Positions 35,159 through 45,103 of a stretch of 64,000 nucleotides of DNA are shown piece by piece. The stretch's first letter is position 1, and each line of letters begins with the position of its first letter. Source of the DNA: Flectonema sp. DT1601. Taxonomy: Eukaryota. The stretch is from contig OZ025784.1 of assembly GCA_964019425.1 (NCBI GenBank), positions 1,240,001 to 1,304,000 of the forward strand. The letters run 5' to 3'. The notes under the pieces are model-generated. The model did not search any database. It was not told the DNA's origin and was given only the letters and a program-made list of their open reading frames with translations. Made by a program: the position numbers and the translations under genes.

Positions 35159-36046
35159 TTATATCGGAGTTGCGTAGTCTCTGACCCACTCCTCACTTCG
35201 CTGCCACAATTCTTTGGCTAAGTCGTCAGAGAGGGCAAGTTTTGTTGGAGTCTTCTCCTTTTGGGAGTCGTAGTAAAGTCCGCTAGCACTGAGACGAGAT
35301 CTGACGCAGTGAAGAGTCGTCTTCGCGCCCTCAGAATTGTTAATCATAAACAGCTTTATACAACACTGAAGACAACAAGGAACATTTCTCCAAACATCAG
35401 TCGCAACTACTCCTGGATGCAATGACGAAACCAAAATATTTGGATAACGTTTTGCCAGTTCCTTTCCATGCAAGACATTAAAAAGTTTACTAATGTTATA
35501 TTCTGAAAGTCCTGTTTTGGTTTTGGTTGGTTTTTGGAGATCAGGCCATTTGATTTCCGAAATGTTGGTAACCCGGTATTGACCTCTACTCGACACTATG
35601 ACCAGTCTTGGGGATTCAGACTTTGACAGGATCGGAAGCAATAATTCAGTAAACAAGAAATGACCCAAGTGATTGACACCAAAGGTTATTTCAAACCCGT
35701 CAGAAGTGGTTCCGTGAGCTCCAGCCAAACCAGCATTGTTAATAAGAACGTCAAGAGGAAGATTCAACTTGGTGAATTCCTCAGCTGATTCCCTCACTGC
35801 CTTCAACGAGCTTAAATCTAATTGTAAAAATGTTAACTTAGCACTTGGGATTCGCTCCTTAATATCATCCATTGCTTCTTTACCTTTACTGGCATTTCTA
35901 CAAGCCATTACAACATGAGCTCCATCCTTAGCAAGTTCTAAAGCAGCTTCCTTTCCAATACCACAATTACTTCCGGTAATAAGAACTACCTTACCACGGA
36001 CGTCATTAGCGACGTCTGACTTCATAAGAGATTGTTTTTCAGACAT
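35159..36046 (-). CDS. Short-chain dehydrogenase/reductase, copy 2
   Basis: 295 aa with 9 amino-acid differences from copy 1; catalytic motif YNISK. Confidence 0.95.
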   Translation of the reverse strand: MSEKQSLMKSDVANDVRGKVVLITGSNCGIGKEAALELAKDGAHVVMACRNASKGKEAMDDIKERIPSAKLTFLQLDLSSLKAVRESAEEFTKLNLPLDVLINNAGLAGAHGTTSDGFEITFGVNHLGHFLFTELLLPILSKSESPRLVIVSSRGQYRVTNISEIKWPDLQKPTKTKTGLSEYNISKLFNVLHGKELAKRYPNILVSSLHPGVVATDVWRNVPCCLQCCIKLFMINNSEGAKTTLHCVRSRLSASGLYYDSQKEKTPTKLALSDDLAKELWQRSEEWVRDYATPI

Positions 36047-36281
36047 GTTTTGATAACTTTATAACGCAACTGTATATGAAATGATGTTAACGAGACGAGG
36101 ATAAGAAACTCCAAAAACACCCCATCGGCAACCAATTGAACCTTGGTCGGAAGTTAGAGTTGTTTTCTTCACCAAACCAAACTAGAGTTAGTTGATCACT
36201 AAACAAACATCAACAAGACAAGAAAACGAATGGTGTTCGTCTTTGTAATTGACCAACACAAGAACAGACGAGATGACAGAT

Positions 36282-37415
36282 TCGTGACTCTAGGACATCC
36301 CTGTGGGAAGGAAGATGCGAATTCATAAAAACATAACAAACAAGATGACAGATTCTCAGAAGCGCGGGTAAATTTTGTACATCAATTACTGGATTTGTGC
36401 GTCCAGTCAGGTAGTTATAGGTAGGTCAATTTACTGTTTTAATCATCGACCTGAAGAGTTGCTAACAAGACTAACGAAGCAGCAGTACGATAGATGGATG
36501 GGGAAGTCTTCACAAGAACTGACCAGAAGAGACAGACAGAGAGAACAATTCCGGATGACTTCAAAGAAAACATCTCGAGATGTGTAAGTACGCCGAGACT
36601 ATCGGTAGTGCAGGACGTGACTCTAGGACATCCCTGTGGGAAGGGAGATGCGAACATAAGAACAAAACGGACAAGATGACAGATTCTCAGAAGCGCGGGT
36701 AAATTTTGTACATCAATTACTGGATTTGTGTGTCCAGTCAGGTAGTTATAGGTAGGTCAATTTACTGTTTTAATCATCGACCTGAAGAGTTGGTGAGAAA
36801 ACCGGAAAAGCAGATGTCTTACAAGAAACAGAGAGAGAACAATTCCGGATGACTTCAAAGAAAACATCTCGAGATGTGTAAGTACGCCGAGACTATCGGT
36901 AGTGCAGGACGTGACTCTAGGACATCCCTGTGGGAAGGAAGATGCGAATTCATAAAAACAAAACAAACAAGATGACAGATTCTCAGAAGCGCGGGTAAAT
37001 TTTGTACATCAATTACTGGATTTGTGCGTCCAGTCAGGTAGTTATAGGTAGGTCAATTTACTGTTTTAATCATCGACCTGAAGAGTTGCTAACAAGACTA
37101 ACGAAGCAGCAGTACGATAGATGGATGGGGAAGTCTTCACAAGAACTGACCAGAAGAGACAGACAGAGAGAACAATTCCGGATGACTGCAAAGAAAACAT
37201 CTCGAGATGTGTAAGTACGCCTAGACTATCGGTAGTGCAGGACGTGACTCTAGGACATCCCTGTGGGAAGGGAGATGCGAATTCATAAAAACACAACAAA
37301 CAAGATGACAGATTCTCAGAAGCGCGGGTAAATTTTGTACATCAATTACTGGACTTGTGCGTCCAGTCAGGTAGTTATAGGTAGGTCAATTTACTGTTTT
37401 AATCATCGACCTGGA
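36282..37415 (-). repeat. snoRNA array 3: truncated B, 4x A, 3x B
   Basis: A at 36356, 36687, 36983, 37316; B at 36570, 36864, 37197; B fragment at ~36283-36304. Confidence 0.9.
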
Positions 37416-37908
37416 GAGTTGGTGACAAGACTAACGACCAGAAACGAGGATAAGCTTCATACCAGCGACCCTCAAATACAATACAATAGCATACCTGATG
37501 GAGAAGAAATAATTTGAAAACATCGTCAGATAAGTAAACAAGAAATAAGTTGCAGTAATTATAATAAAATAAAAAGGGAAGCGATTGTTCATTCTCAGGT
37601 TTGTTCGTGCTGGTACCCCAAGTCATTCAGTGCAAGAACCGAATTCATGTTGGGATTCAGTGAGCTGCTTCTTGTTTTTTGTTTTTTTTTAACGTTCAGG
37701 CTGTTCAGTAAGCAAACATAAAACATTTCACACACACAAAGGAAACATCATCGCACACGTTCAGAGCATTCGATTGTCATCCAAACACCAGAAGATGAGT
37801 TTAATATTTACGACGAATGCCCCTACCTCTCAATCAGTGCTGACACAGGTCAGTCACTACTCTAGATCCATTCAGGTATAACGCATAATCTGTAAGTTCG
37901 AAGATTAT

Positions 37909-39330
37909 TTAGTTTTTTTTCATCACAACTTTTGTTACGAGACGAGAGATGGCAGAGTTGAACACTTCTTCACTAAATAACTTCGATCGATGACGTGATT
38001 TTTGTTGCATTGCAAGGAGGGATGAAGAATCCATTCGAAGTATTGTTAACATAGCCGCAGAGTACTCTTCAACATCTTCAGCAAGAAAACCAGAATCAGA
38101 TGACACGATATCAAGAAGAGGTCCACCAGATCTATGAGCTATTGGTATGGCGGCAGCAGCCATGTACTCAACAATTCCAATACCGAAATGTTCATTCCAC
38201 ATTGTGTGGATACCAATCTTAGAACTCGCCAACAGTTTTAGTAATTCTGGATATGGCAGATCGACTTTAAATTCTACTTTCTCACTAATTCCAAGTTCCG
38301 CAGCATATTTCTTTAAACTTTCTACTTTCTCACGGTCTTGGTCGTTTCGCACGCCACCAACCAAAACTAATTTTAACCGTTTCACTGTTGAGGCGTTGAC
38401 GTCTTTTAGGACTTTAGAAAAACTGAGTATCTGTAACTCGTGATTCTTTTCAGGACGAAACTGTGCTACAGACACGATGATGTCTTCTTTAGCAGTGGTG
38501 TCTTCACTCAAAGACAGTAGCTTAGTACAATCACAGGGAGGGTAAACCCTATTTACTTTGTGTCTAGGTAGCTTCCAAACGTCTTCAATATGCTGCTGAG
38601 TCCAGGTACTGTTTACAAGTGTGATGTCACTTTGTCTTCCTACTATTCCGTAGAAAAATGCAAAAAACTTATAATAATAAACTTTACAAGTCGTTAGCAG
38701 TTTACTTGAAGTAATAAAAGACCTGTTGTTGTGAGCAGCACGACGTGATGTGACGGCTCTCAACATGTCACAACTAACAGTAGGATAATGAGTGTAGCAG
38801 ACGACAGTACACGAGGCTAAGATTTTAGCAATTGGATACGTGAATGCGTATCCCATCGAATCAATGAAGACATCAGGTGGAGAGTTACAAATCGCCTGCA
38901 TAGCCAACGGAATCGCACCCAACGACTGCAGAATAAGAGTAAAACGAGGATAAGTACTCGCCTCCAATAACTTTATATTATTCAGTGGAATTATCTCTAT
39001 TTCTCTTACCAAAGTAACACCAAACTTGATACTGACGTTTTCCGAAAGCTCAGCGAAAGTGTATTTTTTATTGTTAGTGAAGTGAGTGTATAAAATAAAG
39101 TCAGCATCTTGAGCTTCCTTTTGCATTCCAGCAAGCATTGTCCATAAGACTCGTTCACCACCACCGCCTCCTGTTGAGTAAGGGTGAAAAAACCCAATAC
39201 GTTTTCTTGATTGCCTTCTCAAGACTTCTCGATCACTCTTTGTACGTCTTCGTATGTAGAACACCACTAACAATAGAACCATAATGCATACGGCTAGTGC
39301 ACATAAACTGGTTGTCACTGGACCCATCAT
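37909..39330 (-). CDS. ALG11: GDP-Man:Man3GlcNAc2-PP-Dol alpha-1,2-mannosyltransferase
   Basis: N-terminal TM, GFFHPYSTGGGGGERVLW, YPRFTLILQSLG, YTHYPTVS, VAQFRPEKNH, HTMWNEHFGIGIVEYMA. Confidence 0.95.
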   Translation of the reverse strand: MMGPVTTSLCALAVCIMVLLLVVFYIRRRTKSDREVLRRQSRKRIGFFHPYSTGGGGGERVLWTMLAGMQKEAQDADFILYTHFTNNKKYTFAELSENVSIKFGVTLVREIEIIPLNNIKLLEASTYPRFTLILQSLGAIPLAMQAICNSPPDVFIDSMGYAFTYPIAKILASCTVVCYTHYPTVSCDMLRAVTSRRAAHNNRSFITSSKLLTTCKVYYYKFFAFFYGIVGRQSDITLVNSTWTQQHIEDVWKLPRHKVNRVYPPCDCTKLLSLSEDTTAKEDIIVSVAQFRPEKNHELQILSFSKVLKDVNASTVKRLKLVLVGGVRNDQDREKVESLKKYAAELGISEKVEFKVDLPYPELLKLLASSKIGIHTMWNEHFGIGIVEYMAAAAIPIAHRSGGPLLDIVSSDSGFLAEDVEEYSAAMLTILRMDSSSLLAMQQKSRHRSKLFSEEVFNSAISRLVTKVVMKKN

Positions 39331-39491
39331 ATTTTTTTTTTTATTATTTTTTTTCCTGCTACAGAATAAAAAGATAACACGTGAAAATGTCTAACAATAT
39401 CAACCCTATTGATCATCAAGTGGTTAGTTTGTTGTTATAAAAAAAAAAAAAAAAAAACAGGAAAAAAATCTAATGATCATTATGATTTATC

Positions 39492-39522
<31 letters not shown>

Positions 39523-39603
39523 ATCATGGTACTGACTTGATGACAAGTGAAAACAATGATTTTATCACAGCAGTAAACACGTTAGATAATCAGAAAGGGA
39601 GCA

Positions 39604-39642
<39 letters not shown>

Positions 39643-39810
39643 CCCCCCGAAAGAACAAGATCAAGTGTTAGAACCATAAAAACAAAACCGAAATATATAA
39701 TAAATGTAACAACAAAAAAAGCAACGCCTTAACAAAAAAAAAAAATTGTAGAATTAAAATAAATTTCAATTTTATTAAGTGATCAGGTTGTCCTTGTGTG
39801 CGTGTTGTGT

Positions 39811-39849
<39 letters not shown>

Positions 39850-40008
39850 CATTTCATTCGCCTAAATAATTAAACCTAAAAAAGAGAAAACAGTGAGGAC
39901 CGAACATCTCACTGTGATCAACATAAAACGATTGAGGGTAATTATTTTTTTTTACCCCAGACTTTATTTTTTTTTCAAAATGTCCGAATGGAGTTGTTCT
40001 GACAGACA

Positions 40009-40575
40009 CTATATAGTAGCAATATTAAGTACTGCTGATATAACGTAACTGAGAGTCGCCACGACAAACCCGATCAACACCATCAGTAAACCAGACATTA
40101 TTGGGGCTTCTCTTGTTAGTATCGCCCTAAGCGATCCCAGAAGAAAAAGTGAAAAAGTCGTCGTAGTCAACAAGAGTAAATGTTGTTGTTCAGATCCCAG
40201 TGAGATAGAAGGCAGACATGACAGTAAAGGAATAAATCCAAAGCAGAAAAATGATATAAACATAACAATGCCGGATTTCACAGCTGACGTCGCGTTGTTT
40301 TCTGCAGAAGCTCCCAAGTAGTTTCCCATTCCCATAGAGAATCCCTGTGAAACTAACCCGGCTACTCCCATTACAAATAACGTGTGTGCAGATACCTTTG
40401 CACCTGCTCCAAAACCACTCCACACTAAAGCTAACGACGTTGCGACTCCATCAAGCCCACCAAACACAACACTTCTCGCTTCAGCTTTCAAACAATCAAT
40501 AGCTGTGGGTGCAACTAATAATTCTTTTACGTGATTCGATTCTTCTTGAGTATCAACTCCTACTTTCAGTTCCAT
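40009..40575 (-). CDS. VIT1/CCC1 family vacuolar iron transporter
   Basis: RSVVFGGLDG, SMGMGNYL, SFFCFGFIPL and five hydrophobic segments; the cytosolic loop is very short. Confidence 0.88.
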   Translation of the reverse strand: MELKVGVDTQEESNHVKELLVAPTAIDCLKAEARSVVFGGLDGVATSLALVWSGFGAGAKVSAHTLFVMGVAGLVSQGFSMGMGNYLGASAENNATSAVKSGIVMFISFFCFGFIPLLSCLPSISLGSEQQHLLLLTTTTFSLFLLGSLRAILTREAPIMSGLLMVLIGFVVATLSYVISAVLNIATI

Positions 40576-40668
40576 TTATTTACTGTTGAGGGGGAGGTAA
40601 TGATAAGTTTTCTTACAGGATCAATACGATTGAGTTTACTTCAAAACAACAACAGAACAGATGAATAG

Positions 40669-41610
40669 TTACTTTCTGGCATTCTCATAGTTGTCAACAA
40701 ACCATTCAGCAGCTACTCGGATTCCATCTTCAAATTTTGTAAAATTAAATTCTCGTCCCATCGCTTTTGTAAGTCGAGTGATGTCAGCTGTCTTTTTAAG
40801 TTGTCCATCGGGACCACCTTTCCAAATGACTTCACCTGTGAAATTCATAGCAGATGTGAGAGCTGTTACAACTTGACGAATGGAAACCTCATGGGACTCA
40901 GGAACAGAAACAATTAGCGGATCTATTGACTCGTAAAACCTGACAGCCCACACTGCAATCTCAGCTAAGTCATCAGAGTAGATGAACTGACGTAACGCCG
41001 TACCCGTCCCAACAACTTCAAGAGCCGTTCCGTTCTTCTTTGCTAAGTATATTTTATGCATCAACGCCGGAATAACATGCGCATCCCTCAAATTGTAATT
41101 ATCATTCGGACCAAAGATATTTGTTGGAATGAGTGAAGTAAACAAAAGTCCATATTGTTTATAATATGACTTGTTCATTACGTCAACCATTCTCTTACTT
41201 TGAGCATATCCCATTAGGTCTGGTGAGGGAAGACCATCATGAAGGACATCCTCACTGATGGGATATGTAACTTTTTGAGGAAAAATACACATGGATAAAG
41301 TTGATACTAATTTCTGAACCTTTAAATCTTTGCAGCATTCCATTACATTCATGTTCATTTTTATATTATCGTTGTACATTTCAACTGGCTGTTGAATGTT
41401 CATAAGCAGTCCTCCAACCCTCGCAGCAAGGTGTAATACATGTGTTGGTTTAATTTTATCAAAAAGAGATTTAGTTGATTCAAAGTCTCTCAAATCTGCG
41501 TCAGCTGATCCAACAAAGAACCAACTCTCACCTTCAACCTTGTTATTTGACACGAATTTCTCAACCGCTCGTCCAGCCAGACCAGAGCCTCCGGTTACTA
41601 GAACTCTCAT
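40669..41610 (-). CDS. GFUS: GDP-L-fucose synthase (GDP-4-keto-6-deoxymannose epimerase/reductase)
   Basis: VTGGSGLAG, HLAARVGGL, LSMCIFP, GYAQSKR, PTNIFGPNDNY, HVIPAL, LRQFIYSDDLA, DGQLKKTAD. Confidence 0.95.
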   Translation of the reverse strand: MRVLVTGGSGLAGRAVEKFVSNNKVEGESWFFVGSADADLRDFESTKSLFDKIKPTHVLHLAARVGGLLMNIQQPVEMYNDNIKMNMNVMECCKDLKVQKLVSTLSMCIFPQKVTYPISEDVLHDGLPSPDLMGYAQSKRMVDVMNKSYYKQYGLLFTSLIPTNIFGPNDNYNLRDAHVIPALMHKIYLAKKNGTALEVVGTGTALRQFIYSDDLAEIAVWAVRFYESIDPLIVSVPESHEVSIRQVVTALTSAMNFTGEVIWKGGPDGQLKKTADITRLTKAMGREFNFTKFEDGIRVAAEWFVDNYENARK

Positions 41611-42525
41611 ATCCGTAAATTATAAAACTATAATGAGGAAGGGAGGGTAAACCTTTTTTTTTTTTTTTTTTTTTTTTTTTTGAAATTGTTAGTTAATCAG
41701 AAATGTAATAAAATAATAATATCATGAGACTGCAACGGGTTGTACGATCATCCATATTGTGTGTGTGTGTTTTTTTTTTTTTTTTTTTTAAAACTGGTTA
41801 CAAGAAAAGTAAAGCTAAGTAGCATGCACACGTACAAACAAATTAGAAACTAATATAGATCACAACGTAAGGAAATCTGGGGGGGGGGGGATGGAGGAGA
41901 TAAAACGAAAACTCAACAATATGTTGTCCAATAAGAAAAATCACAATTACAAATCAATCTTGATTTGAAAGGTGACCATTACTACTAGGAAGGAGGAGAG
42001 GGGCAGGAAGATCGCAAAAGAAAAAGATAAAAAATCCCCCCTCAATTGTTAATAACACCGGCCTTGTTTTATATCGGTGCAATGGAACACCGGACAGATT
42101 TTATTACAGTAATTCCACGGTGTACATTTGAGAGGCTTCAACAAGTTTGCAAGCAGGAGTATGGGGAAAAAAAAAACACTTCCGTGGTTTGGTTGATTTT
42201 TTTTCCAAAAATTAAAAATTAAAAATTAAAAAATATATAATTGAGCCTTTTTGATTTAGTTTGGTAATTCCTGAGGGGTGAAGTATACCATAGGGCTTGA
42301 TGCCAGAAATCAGAAAATCCTTTACAAAACACACACAAAATCTTTTTGCTTTTTCACAGTCGCCGAGATCTACTTAACCACATGTTGGTTTGGTTTAGTT
42401 TCAGCGACCTAACTAGAGAAAAGCAAAAAGGGTGAGAAAAACACGGAGGGCCAAATGAAGAACGTTGTGAAGTTCCTTCCACACAAAGGTGTGAGTGCAA
42501 AAAAATAAAAGGGGGAGAAGCTAAC

Positions 42526-42745
42526 TGTTCGATTTTGTAAAAATTACAACTGTGTCATAAAAACATAAAAACAATTTAACATTAGTTTTAGATACAGTGA
42601 CTAAGGGTGATGCGCAACTTAGCATAAAAAGGTGGGCTAACTGTTCGATTTTGTACATAAAATACAAATGTATTGTATCATAAAAACAACATAACGATAA
42701 TTTAACATTAGTTCTGAGATACAGATGACTAAAGGTAATGTTAGT
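42526..42745. repeat. Two tandem copies of the ~105-bp dispersed repeat
   Basis: Both copies are preceded by GCTAAC; the second is degenerate at its 3' end. Confidence 0.8.
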
Positions 42746-43575
42746 GTAGGTATACACTCAGCTGATTGACGTAAATACTTTACATTATAATAAATGTTTC
42801 TAACTTAGCTGCATACACATCTCTTTTTCCGTGTTGTCATTCAGTGCAGTACGGAATCGGGTTATTCAATTATGAATTAATCGTGAGCCCTGAGAAACCA
42901 AAACCTGGGTATAATGTAATACGGCAGAGTGTAGGTTTTCACCTGCAAATTACTTCCTTAAATCAACATTGTTGAACTCTTCGAAATAAATATGTTAGCA
43001 AAAACTGCTGCAAAAGGGGGAATTTAATACGAACGAAAGGAGACACGGAGAAGAGGGGACTTGGATAAATAAATCAAGGTTAACACGCAACAAATTAGAC
43101 ATGAATGGGTGGGATGTGGAATAATAAGGCGTTCGTGGTTACCCGATTCTGAATTTCAGAAGCGAGTAAACATTTACTCCGCTGAGCCCATTTTCAGACA
43201 ACACAAATCGCTTTTTTATTTCCAAATATAAAAACTATCCGTCGTCGAGGCACAGAAGCTGTGCATTATTTTTTTTTGGTTGCTAATTTTTTTTTTTTTT
43301 TTTTTTTTTCCCCCCTACTTTTTTCTTTAAATTATTTACCACCATTATTTATTATTATTATTAAATAATAACAATAATAACAGTGAACATAAGATAATCT
43401 CGAGAGGAAAAGATTTTTTTTTTCAAAAAATCAATAGGCCGAAAAAACAGTCTTTCGGCTTTACCTTTATTTTTAGAAAGAAAAAAAAAAAAAAATGACC
43501 GAATCACAAGACGGTATGAAGGTATGATATTTTTTTGTGAAAGCTAGAACTACTGCGTTCGAAATAAAGCACTAC

Positions 43576-43690
43576 AGTGACCCTTACATTGTTTCTTGTT
43601 AGTGGCTGAGATGGTTTTTTTGTCTCCATTTTTTCAAGGCACTTCGGATTGCTACATCCCCCGAAATATTGTTATCAGTACCTCCGATGG
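43576..43690 (-). pseudogene. Decayed fragment of the RING-CH gene
   Basis: AGTGACCCTTACATT...GTTAGTGGCTGAG...TTTTCAAGGCAC matches 45754-45828, and TACATC...AGTACCTCYGATGG matches ~45971-46005, with deletions and frameshifts. Confidence 0.75.
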
Positions 43691-44339
43691 TTAGTTTGTC
43701 TTCGTCTTTCACTACTTGTTTGGCAGCCTTAGTGGTTTTGGAATTCAATGTGGAGTGTCAGTTTTTATTTATTTTATTTTTTCCTGTTACGATACGAGCA
43801 GCTTGAACACGAGTTCTGTGGTGCACTCAGAGACTTTGATGATATTTTCCAAACATCTTTGCTATTCTTCGTTGTAAACTTCATATCTACTTTGCAGGGA
43901 TTCTCTAACCCATAACTATGTTTAGGTTCAGTCTGCCTTACAATCTCTTCTTTTTGTCATTTTTTTTTTTTTTTTTTTTTCCTCTACATGTCTTGATTCG
44001 CACTGTTACTTTTCAAAATCATCTACCACTCTTATTTACATAATTTTTCTATTTTTTTTTCCTCTGTTCTTAAAAAAGTTACTTGACGAGGAACAGATCC
44101 TTCTGCCAAAATGCTTTCCTTTATTATTGTTTTTCTAATGCCGCTGTGTGAGCTTTCAGAAGAAAGTACCCCGAGTTATATCGCCAACACGGTTGTGTGA
44201 ATTTCTGAATAGCTTACAACGAATTGTTTTTTCCAACACTTTTGTGTTTGTCGCTAAAGAACTTACTAAGACTTGCTTCTCCAGATTTTTTTTTTATTTT
44301 TCTCAACTTTCGCAGGTCTTCTCGGGTGCTGCATCACCG

Positions 44340-44600
44340 TCAGCTCCTTCTTCAGTTCCCTGCACTAATCAACAGATCGATCACCTTTTCGATATGAATC
44401 TCGAGGAAGGCCACCTTTACTTCAAACTGCGTCTTCACCTTCAGATCCTTATTTCGATTAAACAAGCAGCTCTAAATTAATCGAATGGCGATACCTTGAT
44501 CATAATGGTATCCATGCCGAGCATGGAATGCGTTGTTCCTGAACCGGTTTGACCGTAAGCAAAAATGCACAGGTGTTAAAGCCGATAAAGGCTCACTTAT
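44340..44600 (-). pseudogene. Kinesin motor-domain pseudogene fragment
   Basis: Minus-strand translation gives GFNTC/(frameshift)/FAYGQTGSGTTHSMLG and FEVKVAFLEIHIEKVIDLL. No intact ORF; the P-loop Lys is replaced by Thr. Confidence 0.8.
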
Positions 44601-45103
44601 TCCACTTTAGTTGATCATTTTCGATCAACTACAAGAACCTTGTTGTTAACTAGTGTTAGTCTAGTTTCACAATGTGTGTGCCGTCTTCTTGGCTCTTTTG
44701 GACGCCTGCGAGTCGTTCAGTGCAAAGAGTTCAAGGTGTTGGGTAGCTTTTTTCTCGTTGGCCTCGGCGATCATACCAAAGCAATAATCTAAGGTGTGGT
44801 TTCTTTAAATTATACTTTCGCAAGAATTTTTCAAAAAAAAAAATTTTTTTTTTCTCATTTTTTTGAAGACGAAAATATTTCGATCGCGTCATCAGACTGA
44901 CACAATAGTCTACTGAGTTATCTGATTCTAATCTCACTCTGAGTTGGTCAGTTACCCATCATCATTCTGAGTGTTAATATCTACTATCAGAGTTGATCCC
45001 TACCTTCTACGTCTCCTCCGATGCGAGCTTCCTTTGCTTGTGGCATAATCCACGCTAGTTTTTGAGTTAACAATAGTCAACTCGTGTAATCGAAACATTC
45101 CTA

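Noticed and set aside
28860..37420. Arrays as CRISPR or TIGR-like guide arrays
   Set aside because: Units are long and the guide segments are invariant rather than unique spacers. No Cas or Nop-domain effector gene is present, and LSU rRNA complementarity explains them as snoRNAs.
28896..37517. Repeated small ORFs (MYINYW..., MLCFYEF...)
   Set aside because: They start at TTG/GTG, change frame between copies and overlap the predicted snoRNAs.
37909..41610. ALG11 and GDP-fucose synthase as a glycosylation gene cluster
   Set aside because: Separated by an unrelated VIT1 gene; adjacency in a directional cluster implies no functional linkage.
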